A stretch of DNA of 64,000 nt from Octopus vulgaris (Eukaryota), in contig OX597817.1 in the NCBI GenBank assembly GCA_951406725.2, forward strand, positions 104,284,001 to 104,348,000, read 5' to 3'. The position numbers and the translations under genes were made by a program. Shown here one piece after another: positions 10,056-22,443 of the stretch; the first letter of the stretch is position 1; each line of letters begins with the position of its first letter. Below the pieces are notes generated by a model that was given only the letters and a program-made list of their open reading frames with translations, had not been told where the DNA came from and made no database searches.

Positions 10056-10878
10056 CTGCATCTGCCGGCATATAAGACGCACTCTCGTATAAGACGCTCC
10101 CCTTTTTACAAGTATATTTTGTGGAAAAAACAAATTTAGCATGTTTCCTCATGCACTTTTTGATAGACACTTTAAAGTAATTTTGTAGGGGGAAATGAAT
10201 GATTCTGTGCATGTAGATACAATGATCTGACAGTATACAGGACAGCATACTGGAATAAGTATGAAACCATAATTTTATCATAAATAAACTACGTTATACA
10301 ACTTCCATATTACAACCATATCTTCTTTCAGATAAACTGTGTATTTTGTTGATTTTTTGTCAAAAGAATTGCTACACAGGATTTAAAATTGTATTTTTTA
10401 CTGTGACGTTGACCTCAGTCGGTCAACAGGACGGTGCTTCATCGCTATGGATTTGTTGTAATCCATTCATTGTAATTAACTGATAGCTTGATAAAAGTAT
10501 AAAGTTCCTTTCATATTTCTAGGAGAATTATCATTTAGATAATTAAGAAATATTTCTTAATGATAACACAGACATTAAATAATATAAGACACATATTAGA
10601 TGTGGGTTATGTACGCTGGGAAATGAGATATATTAAGATATTTCCATAACAATGTAGCGTAAACAATTTTTCATAAGTCTGTGCTAAGAGACTGTGACAA
10701 ATAAACATATTTTCAATATTCTATTATTTCTAACAGTTATTGGGCTTAGCGGATTTTTCGGGTTCCCTGGCCTACAACATTCGGTCTCCTATCCGTAATA
10801 CGGCCGCATTAGATGTAGGGCAATTTTTGGATAAATATAAAAGTAAAAACAGTGCATCTTACATGCCGGCAAATACGG
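10056..10878. mobile_element. Non-autonomous Tc1/pogo-superfamily (Tc2-like) TIR element
   Basis: TIRs ctgcatctgccggcatataagacgcact and agtgcatcttacatgccggcaaatacgg; TA on the left flank. Confidence 0.7.
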
Positions 10879-11909
10879 TCTATCTCGCCAAAATGCAGCA
10901 TTATTTACACAAGCTATTTCTTATAAAAATTACTACCAATCATACGTAAAATGTAGATAAACTGTATTTTGAAAGGTAATATTTATTTACGGAACACCAC
11001 ATTTTCCCCTTTGTTTTTTATAGATATAAATGTTTATTTTTAATATTTTTCGAACGTCTACATCAGTATACTTTAAGCATACAATCGTATAAAAAAAACT
11101 TAATAATCGATCGTTTTGGAAAAGTGCCACCTGTTACAAACAATCGGTATAGATAAAGAGAAAGACTCCTATATGTACCATAAATTTGAAGGTTATTGAG
11201 CAAATGAGGGTGACCTCGGCATGATTGCTTTATTTATTAGAAATAACAGGCAAATTTCATCTGATGCTATACTCTACAGTCTTAAAACTAGAAGGATTCA
11301 TTAGGATAAAGTAGTCCTAGATATATTATACCTGTAAACAAAATAAAGACAAAATTTTCAATGTCGGAATTCTTTTAATCATGTCTGCTTGATCAAGTTT
11401 GACCTATCACTAAATAGCAACAACAGCTAAATCATCGAGAAATGTTCATTTTGTTATAAAATTAACAGATAAGGTTTGCAGTAACTTTGTGAAATTAGAT
11501 TAGTCTAATCGAGTTGAGAAAATCCTTGCGGTTTTCTAACTCTCTGTATTCCAAATTCAAATCCCGCCTATCGATTCTTTCCTCTCTTTCTTTCAGAATC
11601 TATTCTTCTCTGACTTTTTTCTAAAAGAAATCAGCAGTGTTCAGTATATTATTTTATCGACAATGACCATAAATACATGGACATTAGATTAACAGTTTCT
11701 CTTAGTTAAGGTCGACATAAGTTAACATTATAAACATCATTTTTCCACATTATCGTAGTTTCTCCACTGTTATCCTATCCCCCCATCACCACCATCCACT
11801 GTTATCTTATCCTAGACTAGGGTAACAGCCGTAATCTAGGCTATCTATGTGTGGCAAAACCAATAATGAGAGAAAAAGAAATTAATATGTGTGTACTTAC
11901 GGATATATA

Positions 11910-12099
11910 GGGGCTGAATTGGCAGAGTCGCTTAATCGTTGTCTTGCACTATTCAATTCAACATCCTGCAGTTCGAGTTTAAATCCTGCCGAGATTAACT
12001 TTGATTTTCGTTCTCTCATGGTTTCGATTCTGCTCTCTCTCTCTCTTTCTCTCTCACTCTCTCTCATTCTCACTCTTTCTTACTCTCTCTCCCTCCCTT

Positions 12100-12150
<51 letters not shown>
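11910..12150 (+). mobile_element. SINE family A head remnant followed by (CT)n
   Basis: ttggcagagtcg..gagtttaaatcctgccgagattaactttg, then a CT-rich repeat. Confidence 0.55.
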
Positions 12151-12151
<1 letters not shown>

Positions 12152-12472
12152 CTGGAAGGAATTGACTGTGTTCAGATATCGGGAGGCATGGGTTCCATTG
12201 CATTTTAAATTATCAAAACACGCTGTAGGTCACAACAGTGTTCTTCCGACTTCATCAGGAGTTGAAAGTTCAAGGAAAAAAAGGCTATATGCGAATACAC
12301 ACTAAGATTCATGTGCAGTCCACTATATAGACACATTTTCTTCGTTGCAAAAAGACAACCAGTTCTACCTTGAGTTAATCTCTGTACTCTTAAGTCAGCT
12401 CTTTGGAGATCTACTAGTCTTGACGGACCATCAAAATAAATTCCACATGGTTATATGCAGAATTAGTCAACA

Positions 12473-12608
12473 ATATTAATTTCAAATCTTGGCACAAGGC
12501 CAGTAATTTAGGAGAGGGGTAAATCGGTTACATCGACCCGAAATGATGAAAGTTAAGTTCGACTTTGGCGGAACTTGAACTCAGAACATAAAGACTGACG
12601 AAATACCA
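12473..12608 (-). mobile_element. SINE family A fragment
   Basis: ggcacaaggccag..gactttggcggaacttgaactcagaac. Confidence 0.7.
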
Positions 12609-14486
12609 TGTATTGGATTATTTTTATATCATTTAAATTGAATGTAAAATATTTTTATATATAAACATTGTCGCGTTAACATATCGATTTCGTCACTTAA
12701 CTAGCGAAAAGATCTTATAATTTTTTCAATTTGTTAAACTGTATTTCGTGAGATTGAAATTTGATGTTGATAAATTGATAAAGTTTGTTTCCTCATATAT
12801 ATTTTTTTTTTAGATTGCAAAACTTTCCATTAATTAGCTGAGTGCAAGGCCGATAAAGGAGTGATCATAAAGAGCCGGAGCTATAAAAGGTAAAACCCTA
12901 TGAAAGTGAAAACGAAGAATTGCTGATATTTTCACAGTAATCTATTCACAATATTTATTACGAAAGAAAATCAGCCTTTTCTACAAACTCTATATAAGCA
13001 AAAGCAAATATATTTTTATTGGTGGCTGCTCATATCATATTCCCACCATGAATTAAATAGTGGAGAACAGATTTATTTTAGTTTCATTACCAGATACCAA
13101 ATATAGTTTGGTACTATCTATATTTCGGAAATAATGCACTGGTTTAATTAACGTGATGTATATCCCATGTAAGTATGGAACATATGGCTTTTGTTTTTGT
13201 GGAAGAGTTAATGCTTGTTGTGCTAATAATGTTTTTCTTGCTGTGTTCGTAGTGAACATTTTCATAAGCGTTTCATGAAAAATTGTTTAATCCCAAAGCC
13301 AAGCGATCAATAAATACTGGGATTTGTTAATGACTTAGTTGCTAATGGACATACAAAAATGCAATGCTGAGAACGCATATGTGTGCTGCTTATTTATATT
13401 AATAATTAATGATAATATAGAGAAATACCATTGTCATTTCTATAAAAATGTTTATATGTAGGCATGACAAATGTTATTCAAATTTGAGAAAAAGTTTAAT
13501 TTTGCAGAAATGGTTATGCAGTTAGTTTCACTTTCAGGAAAACAAAAATTTAATTACCCACTTTATCATTACAAAAGCGTTTGCATATAAAACTTTTACA
13601 AATATCAAAATGATGAACCCTATTATTTGCCATTCTGGTCACCCTTGTACTCTTGGCTTCATTCGACATTTTTCGTACTCTATCGATTAAAATGTCATAT
13701 TTAGGTTAGAGGTAATGTTTTTAGTGTTGACTGCAGCATTAAAACACTATCTGCCAACACTATCTATAATTATAGTCATCGTGTTCCCAATTCATTTAAT
13801 AAGATTGAAGAATTGCTTTAAGATAGTGAATATACTATCTACATCAAGCGACGTTTTGCAATGTGAAACATAAGTCCATTAGACGAAGGCTTGGTATAAT
13901 ATTTTAAAAAGAAACGAATACATTTACATCGGGAAGAGATTGAGTAATTAGCTTTAACACGTTAATTTATTCATACAATAAAACGAAATTATTTGCTGAT
14001 GTATTTTAAACAATCAAGAGCGATATTTATTAATACAGCCTTCATATCTGTTCAGAAAGTAAGGAATGCGTTAAATTATTGCGGCAAGACTTGGACACAC
14101 GCAATGCCTCCAATGTGAAAGCTTTTGTCAACGTTGCCATGGAGTTCCTTTTTATCAAGCATTTTCTGCAATCTTGTAAATTACGGAAAGTTTCTATTTA
14201 CTTCACATTTGTCCCAACATAAACAGATTTTTTTCTATTGATGTGCTCTAGAGAACAATATAAGTTTTGTCTGTCCCTTGCAACAGAAAGAAAAAACGTT
14301 TTAGGTCTACATGCTAAACACTTTAAACTTGAAGTATTTGAAGTTTAGTTGACAGAAGTTACAGGCTAGGTGTGTTAGGGAGCGAAGGGAAAAATTATTA
14401 AGATAAACTATCAGCTATTCAAATAATCTTTTGAAAAACAAATTTTGTAAAGATATGTATTGTATGTATTGTGTGTATGTGTGTGC

Positions 14487-14529
<43 letters not shown>

Positions 14530-15217
14530 AACACACACATCTACATACATTGCACACACACACACATACACACTCGTCAGACCTTTTGAGATAAATGGAT
14601 TGACGTTATTAAATCGCACGCACAAGACAAATAAAAAAATTAGCACTGGTCATATTCGTCATTTATGGCTGCTTCCAAGTCTGTCATACTTCGTTCTTTG
14701 GTTTCCTTAACTAATATGTTGTTTAAATATCTTAATTAGCACGATATATTTCTTCATAAATCAATGTCAAATGTATAGAATTTCAGTTCCTAATACAGCC
14801 TATCACTCCTATCAAAACTGCTTTAATTAATTCCAGTGTTAAAGCAATCTTACTGTACTGCAGCATGCTCACACCATCTGAGATATCTTTCTGATTTAGT
14901 AGACTGGGGCTATTTTAACAGCAGTCTTATTCCTAATAAATATTATGCATTCTCCATTGTTTATCGCCACACCTAAATAAAAACTCAATGGAATATCTCT
15001 AACAAGCCGTAGAAAATTGTCGTCATTAAAATGGCTAATTTCTTTACCCCTTTATGAGTTGTTCAAGTAATTGTTGAAGTAGTATTGTTATAAGCCACGT
15101 TTGAATTATTCCGTTGTTGTGACAAACATGTTATTGAAATATATGGCAATAAATCTCATACATACCACAACTACAACTACTACTACTATTATTACTACAA
15201 GTAGTACCACTACTACA

Positions 15218-15910
15218 CTGAAAAAAGTGACTGAGAGCACTATACTGGCAACACAAGACCAAGCTTTGGCCATGAATGGGAAGGTCAACCTTGAGAATGA
15301 GCAAGTGTCCCCGCTGTGATGAATCTGGAATAGAGTGGACAAAACCATTGCCCATATCACGAAATGTTCTATACTTGCCAAAAATCATTACACGATGAGA
15401 TAGCGAAAGTGCTACATTGGAAACTATGCGAAAAGTGACAAACCGCAAATAGTGGCAGAATCCTCTGGGATTTCTCAATCCAAACAGATCAGGTGCCAAA
15501 GCATAACAGACCGGACCTAGTGGTGGTCGACAACATGCATCACACATGCTATAATACTGATGTTACGTGCCCCTTTGACCCACGAATAGTCAAGAAGGAA
15601 GGCGAAAAAATAGATAAATACACCCTGTTAAGTAAGAAATAGCCCAGCTATGGAAAAGGAAGAAGGTGAAAATTGTGCCAATTATTGTTGGGTGTTTGGG
15701 GATAATATCAGAAGGCATCAAGAGGAATATAAAGGAAATCGGAATAGAGTGCTCGTTGGAACTGTTAGAAAGAGGTTTGCCTCCTTAGCATGGCCAGAAT
15801 AATCAGGAAAGCATTAGTTGAAAAGAACAGATAACGTGGTACCATAGGCTGCAGGCACCAAGCTAGCTACGCATGCAAACTCAGGGAGTTGCAACAAAGC
15901 CTGAGATAAA
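15218..15910 (+). mobile_element. 5'-truncated RLE-type non-LTR retrotransposon (R4/Dong-like), degenerate
   Basis: LKKVTESTILATQDQALA, ILWDFSIQTD..KHNRPDLVVVD, DVTCPFD..KEGEKIDKY, VKIVPIIVGCLG. Confidence 0.8.
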
Positions 15911-16080
15911 AAGAAGAAGAAGAAGAAGAAGAAGAAGAAGAAGAAGAAGAAGAAGAAGAAGAAGAAGAAGAAGAAGAAGAAGAAAGAAGAAGAAGAAGAA
16001 GAAGAAGAAGAAGAAGAAGAAGAAGAAGAAGAAGAAGAAGAAGAAGAAGAAGAAGAAGAAGAAGAAGAAGAAGAAGAAGA
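15911..16080. repeat. (AAG)n microsatellite at the 3' end of the LINE
   Basis: Direct reading. Confidence 0.95.
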
Positions 16081-16844
16081 ATTTTGTCCTGCATGTTAAT
16101 AATTCTGCCAGCTCACCGCCTTAACAATCCTTATAATAATAAGTGCATTACGAGTAATTACAAAACCAAAGTAAACACGGAACAAGGCGTACAAAGCTGC
16201 GCTAAGTAGATCACTGAAAGCATACGATATAAAACTAATGATAAATAGTAATATAAATTGTATAACTTCTGTATAACATTGGTTACATATAAATATCGAC
16301 ATAGGCACGGTTAAGAAAATAGCAAAATTGGGATCTGTAAATATTATGATGATCTCACATGGCTTTCATTAACATTGGTCATTTCTATGCATGTTTCCCA
16401 AGATTAACCTAATTCATTTTGAAGAAAAGACATTCTTGATGTATTCCCCGAACCATAAATAATAAGGATAGTAATAATTACCTTAGGATAAATGTATCAC
16501 AGTTAATAGAGGAACCACCTTTAAAACGTAGCTATATTTTCTTAAGTTGCTAATATGCATACGGTGTAGTTCATCAGGTGGTGCTATAGAGTGAGGCAAG
16601 ATCTGATCCATTACTGGCTCAGACTTCAATTCCTTGTATAGTACCCCGTGTACATGTTGCTGCGGTTACTAAGCCTTGATTCAGACCTGATTGAGCTGAC
16701 ATATTCCCAAAGGTATTGCAGTTATTTTCTTAGCTTTTATTCAGACATAGTGCATGCAGAACCACATAACCCAAAGTGTTCACTCTTTTTCAGTAAGCCT
16801 AAGAAAGATTAGAAAGGTTTTACTTGACTGCTAATTCTATAATG

Positions 16845-18305
16845 ACCACATAGAAGCTCTCGGATTGACTCTTAAGTACCATATAAGTACCTCCTTCCAC
16901 CCTACCAACATAAAACTCTCTATCCCCTACTCCCAATTCCTCCGTCAGCGCAGGTTCTGCAGTTTCAGTCATGATTTTGAGACTCAGTCTCAACTTATGG
17001 CTCGCCCCTTCATCTTTCGTGGATATCCCCTTACCACTATCCCCACAGCCCTTGCCAGAGCACTTCCGTGGACTGAGCCTCTGCTCTCCTCGCACCTGCC
17101 AAGCCGTTGTTCATCTCCCGTTCCCTCACCTACCACCTCTCCACTCTGTCCCTCCAACACACCATCCTCCGAGTCTTCCGGCGACTCCAGTCCGACCCTT
17201 CCACCTCGCACATCTTCCCCAACTTACCCCTTCCCTCCTTCAAAGAAGCCCATAACCTGCGTGACCTCCTGGTCCTCAGTTCCTTCCCTAACCCCACCTT
17301 CCAACCTGGCTCATTCCCCTGCTCCTGTCAACGCTGCCGCACTTGCTCCTACCTCTCCAACACTATCACCCTAACAGGCATCCATCATCGTCCCTATCAT
17401 ATCACCGACTCCTTTACCTGCACTTCTAGGAACGTCATTTACTGCATCTCCTGCTCTTATGCCCTTCTCTGTACATTGGTCAAACAGGACGCCGCTTGGC
17501 TGACTGGTTCGCAGAGTACCTCTGAGACATCAGACTCGGCAGTGACACTCTGGTCTGGCGTCATTTCCGCTCTACCTGTCATCTACTAAAACATCTGTCT
17601 CTCTTCGCTCCTTTGCACCAGATGGACTCAACTCTTCTCTTCTCTTCATCTGACACCTATCTCTCTTCACTCCTATCCACATTCTGTCTTCATTGATACC
17701 ACCACCTCTCCCCACACACCCCACACGCCCCACACCTTCACCACCACAACTCCACCGCACACCTACATCCCCATCCCACATCCCACATCCTCACACCTCT
17801 ACTCCCACATCCCCACACACACTATACCCACCCCACACTACACTACACACCACCACACCACCACATCACACCACCCTACACCACTCCACAAACACTAGCA
17901 CTGACCACTTCCCAGCACCCACACCACACACCATCATCCGCACACCCACACATCATCATCCACACACCTACACGTTACAGACTCACACACTTACACACGC
18001 ACACATCCACACGTACAAAGTCACTCGCCCCTATCCACACACACACACACGCATGCGCACCTTTGTTTTGGGATCACCAATACCTTTTTATTTCCCCTTC
18101 TTTCCACCTCTCCTGTCAAAATCTCTTTTTTCCAACCAGTCGCCATATTTGACCGCTAAATCTACAAGTTTTTTTTTATTCTTTCTCTGTTTATTTTCTA
18201 GTTTTCCTTTCTGTTGAAGAACGTAAACTCGAAACGTAAAAGATTTTCTCTCTTTCCCGAGCGTCAAACTAATACACCTGCTTGTTGTCCATACACCTGT
18301 CTTCG
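16845..18305 (+). mobile_element. 5'-truncated Neptune-like PLE (thumb, Cys linker, GIY-YIG, 3' pLTR), degenerate
   Basis: SFHPTNIKLSIPYSQFLR..RGYP, NLRDLLV, PCSCQRCRTC, FTCTSRNVIYCISC, LYIGQTGRRLA. Confidence 0.85.
18207..18242 (+). ncRNA. Degenerate minimal hammerhead in the PLE 3' end
   Basis: cttt-CTGTTGA-a-gaac gtaa actc-GAAACGTA-aaag; same family as 8546-8585. Confidence 0.5.
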
Positions 18306-18322
18306 TAGACAGGCAGACATAG

Positions 18323-18384
<62 letters not shown>

Positions 18385-18385
<1 letters not shown>

Positions 18386-19517
18386 TTTATTGGCCACGCA
18401 GGACTAAACACAGAAGGGACAAGATACAAAGTAGAGCTTTTCTTTTTGGGAAGAAGAGAAGAGGAGAAAAAAAGGGGGGCGAATTCCGATCAAAAGGGAT
18501 CGTGAAAAGAAGAAAAAAAAGGAAAAAAGGGGGGCGAATTCCGATCAAAAGGGATCGTGAAAAGAAGAAAAAAAAGGAAAAAAGGGGGGCGAATTCCGAT
18601 CAAAAGGGATCGTGGGGAAAAGGAAAAAAAAGTGGGGTCGATCAATAGGTGTCGTGTATCACAGTAATGTCAATTTACGTAAAAGGGGAGAACAGATTAG
18701 GTTTGTCCGTGGATAGAAAAGCCTACGGAAAAGACCACGGGAACCTTGGGCAATAGTGTCATGCAAAAAGAAAACACATTACAGTAAGTGGCTCTCTTTT
18801 TTCCTTTCGCTTTTTTTTTTTTTTTCTTTTGGTTCATAGGATTATGCTCAAGCTGGCTCCGTCATTCACACGTGCCATCCTTGCTACATTCACCCATCTT
18901 TTTTTGAAGCATTCACTAGACAAAACTTCCTTCTCTACTCTCACCTTCCTCTTTAAGTGATACTTGAAGAAATTGATGAGTGATTGACCAGAGAGGAAAG
19001 TGTTTGTCTCAAGACCTTTCAGACGCGTCCACCATACACATTCTTTCGCCATGGCCACAAGTACGATGAAAATGGCTCTTCCTTCCCGTTTCAAGGAAGG
19101 AGGCGCGACAATATTCACGATAGACCCGGTTGATAAACTGACTCGTACCACACGCGATATCAGTCGTTCGACATAGGCGACACTGTACGAGTGTGGGCAG
19201 GACGGTTTCATCGCTCTGACCGCATCTCGGACAGGTCGGCCCCGTGTTTCTAGAGCCATGTCTGTATAGCTTATCCCGAACGGGTAGCGCTTCTCGATAG
19301 CACTGCCAGGCCAGGGATCTCTGGGAGTTGTCCATAGGTCACGGCCCGAAAGGCGGGTCGTGTATCCTCGTCGACGCCCAGGTTCGCCTCGAGATCGTCG
19401 TAGTACCTCCCTCCACTAATCCCCTATAGAATGCTTTGGCTGTGCTGAAGTCGCTCAAGGTCGACCCGGGACGGCATAGTTGCTTGGGAATAACGCGACA
19501 CTCGCGATGCCATCCCG
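18385..19517 (-). mobile_element. 5'-truncated L1/Tx1-clade LINE (zf-RVT C-terminus plus 3' UTR) between (GA)n/(GATA)n tracts
   Basis: SLAWQCYREALPVRDKLYRHG..TCPRCGQSDETVL..LVQC..F.KRW; AATAAA at its 3' end. Confidence 0.8.
18467..18633. repeat. About 3 copies of a 55-bp tandem repeat in the LINE 3' UTR
   Basis: gaattccgatcaaaagggatcgtg at 18481, 18536 and 18591. Confidence 0.9.
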
Positions 19518-19589
<72 letters not shown>

Positions 19590-19839
19590 CACTATTATAC
19601 TTTTCTGACCCTTTGTCTCAGCTACAGTGTATCACTCTCTAACATCCATTTCTTACGGTTGTTGATGTCAATTCCAACTGTTGTTACCGGTACTATCATT
19701 AGGGGTCGAAATAGTGGCGCCACACAGAGACAGCCGGTCAGAGGAAATTTTTCCATTTGTTGTATAATTCTTCGTCGTTTGTGCCTAATTTCTTTGCTTT
19801 CTTTCATTCTCTATCACTCTGTCTTTCCCTCACTATATA

Positions 19840-19844
19840 TATCT

Positions 19845-19879
<35 letters not shown>

Positions 19880-20085
19880 TTGTGTACGTTTGTCTCCCAC
19901 CACCGCTTGACAACTGATGATGGTTTGTTACATCCTCGTAATTTAGCGGTTCGGCAAAAGAGACCGGTAGAATAATTACCAGACTTTAAAAAAAGTACTG
20001 GGGTCGATTTGTTTGACTAAAAATTCTTCAAGATGGTGCCCTCAGAATGGTCGCAGTCTAATGAGTGAAACAAGTAAAAGAATAT
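19840..20085 (+). mobile_element. SINE family B 3' half
   Basis: cgcttgacaac..ttagcggttcggcaaaagagaccg..ggggtcgatttg..gaaacaagtaaaag. Confidence 0.8.
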
Positions 20086-20989
20086 CAATATATGTGCGCG
20101 TGCATGTGTTGTGTAATTGCGCGTGCGCATAAATACATACAACAGAAGCCATTTATTGTGATCACTTTAAAATACAGCCTTTTAGATAAAAGGTTGATAA
20201 CATTAAACAAATGGTGCAAACAATATTCTAAGCATGTTTGGAATGCACCGGTTTTTATAACAATAATCTGTTTGGCCATACTGTCGTCTTTTCTTCGGGT
20301 AATTTTTATAGCAATAGCCAAGATGTCTGTTTTTATAGGATTTGAAAGAGTCCTTGGTACAATTTGAAGTAGGCTGAGCGGACGATCAGAAACTTCCTCT
20401 TCGTGTTAAGGATAGGAATATTTGACATTGTTTAATGAGGTCATTTGACTTCTGAAACAAGTGTTTTTGTTTTGTTTTGTTTTGTTTTTTTAATTCAGTA
20501 ATGAACAGACTTCAATTGTTAACAAAATGAGGAGGAAGATCACATGAGACAACAATTCAAAATGGGCTTATTTATTCAGCAAATTTTTTTAGGACAGTTC
20601 TCCAGACCTAAGATAGCAGATAAATGTAATGGTAAATAGTATTTCAATAGATAAAAACCATTCGGTGTCTTAGATAACACTTTCCTTATGATATTATTAA
20701 GATTAATTTATTTAAACAGCAATCAAAACTCAAATTCATTTATTTAAATAGCAATCAAAATTCATATTTATGAAGGTGATAATTGTATTCAGGTGCTTTC
20801 ATGTATAATTACTACTGTTTTGTTGCTGCTATTGTTATTGTTGCTGTTGTTGTTGTTTTGTTGTTGTTTAACCACTGTTTAACCACAATTCAAGCGGACC
20901 TAACATCAAAGTTGTCCCAGCTCTAATCATCCCTATTTTTTTTTTTTTTGTATATTTATGACTAAATTCGCATCCTTTGAGCTCCACTC

Positions 20990-21850
20990 CCCACAGAGAA
21001 AAGTGGAGAAGTTTAAATATCTCGGGGCTGTATTCACGAGTGATAGCAAGTATGAGGATCAGTTGGATGATAAAATTGCAGGTACTGGCAGATGTAATGC
21101 ACCAGTTACAGCTTTCGATTCTCAGAAGAGGAGTGGTTGGTAAAAAAAAAAGTCAAATTCGCTATCTTCCATTCAGTTTTCGTGCCCATCTTCACCTATG
21201 GTCATAAATGTCAGATAATGACCGAAAGGGTACCATTACAAATACAAGCGGCCGAAATACGGTTCTTCTGAAGGGCCTGTGGAGTAACGTTACTCCACAA
21301 GGTGTGTGGCTTGGAGACCACGATCTCTCCAAGTCGAGCCGCTACATGTGGAGGCGCGTGGCTTACTGGTTATGGTGTTGAACTCATGATCGTAAGATTG
21401 TGGCTTCGATTTCTGGATTGGGTAACGACTTGTGTTCCTGAGAAGAACACTTAAATTCAAGTTACTCCAGTCCACTCAGCTGGCAAAAATTAGTAATCCT
21501 GCGACGGACCGGCGTCCCGTCCAGGTGGGAATATTTACGTCATGAAATTAGAAAACCGGCCCTTATGAGTCGGCATGACTTGAGAAGGTAGCTTTTCCTT
21601 TACCCAAGCCACTACTTCTCCGCATTGAGAAGTCACAGCTCCCCTACAACAGACATGTGATCGGAATGTCGCAAGACGGATTCTTCAAACCGAGCCAATC
21701 GGCTCGGGGTAGACCAAAGTGTAGACCAAGAAAGAGAAAGTTGGATAATGACCGTAGTCTCAGCTGGTCGTAACGTTTGTCTCTGATAGGCACTGCGGGG
21801 GAGGTTGCTGAGGACTTTACCCCCAACGGCCCTGCCAGGAATAGTGGCTG
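20990..21850 (+). mobile_element. RTE-clade LINE 3' fragment interrupted by a SINE
   Basis: VEKFKYLGAVFTSD, FVPIFTYGH, IQAAEIRFF, then after the insert PLLLRIEKSQL..RGRPKCRPRKR. Confidence 0.8.
21350..21603 (+). mobile_element. tRNA-derived SINE (third family) inserted in the RTE
   Basis: A/B-box-like head, core cctgcgacggaccggcgtcccgtccagg, TSD-like agccgctac/agccactac; a degenerate relative lies at ~26525-26740. Confidence 0.75.
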
Positions 21851-22264
21851 AATGGACGGATATGACTACATTACTATGATGGGCTGTAAAATAAATCTAT
21901 AGATATTAAACCGGTGCTGTATGCATAGACAAATGTAAACAACTTATCTTTTATACTGTGTCTTTGTAGAGATAAAAAAAAGGGTCTTCCAGATAAATTT
22001 CGATTCTATCCAACGACTGATTTTTCTTTACAAAGTTGTTAGTTGCAAACTGAATAAACCATTTTGGCAAACCGAGTAAACCATTTTGCAATGTGCTAGC
22101 TAAGAATCTATAAATATATTCTATATAATACATTGTAAAAATGGATTTCCATCGGTTTCGACAATTGACTATTCGGTTCTTCGATCAAATAAATTATCTG
22201 CTTACTGAATGAGAGCTAAATACTCCACGGGTAAATTTAATCTTTTCGTAATTTTCGAGCAAAA

Positions 22265-22443
22265 TCAAATGCTTAGCGGTATTTCGTCTGTCTTTACGTT
22301 CTCCGTTCAAATTCAACCGAGGTCGACTTTGCCTTTCATCCTTTCAGGTCGATAAATTAAGTACCAGTTGCGTACTGATGTCGATCTAATCGACTGGCCC
22401 CTTCCCAAAAATTTCGGGCCTTATACCTAGAGTAGAAAAGAAT
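22265..22443 (+). mobile_element. SINE family A (5'-truncated)
   Basis: aaatgcttagcggtatttcgtctg..gttcaaattc..gtcgactttgcctttcatc..agagtagaaaagaat. Confidence 0.85.

Noticed and set aside
12814-12889. Plus-strand exon-like segment with AG/GT boundaries
   Set aside because: Stops in all three frames.
15867-16124. Poly-R/K and poly-L/S ORFs, and the many YIYI, CVCV and MYVC ORFs elsewhere
   Set aside because: Translations of microsatellites.
17693-18217. 174-aa Pro/His/Thr-rich ORF
   Set aside because: CA-rich low-complexity 3' UTR of the Neptune-like PLE.
18467-18633. Regularly spaced repeats as a CRISPR array
   Set aside because: Spacers are identical; it is a tandem repeat in a eukaryotic LINE UTR with no cas genes.
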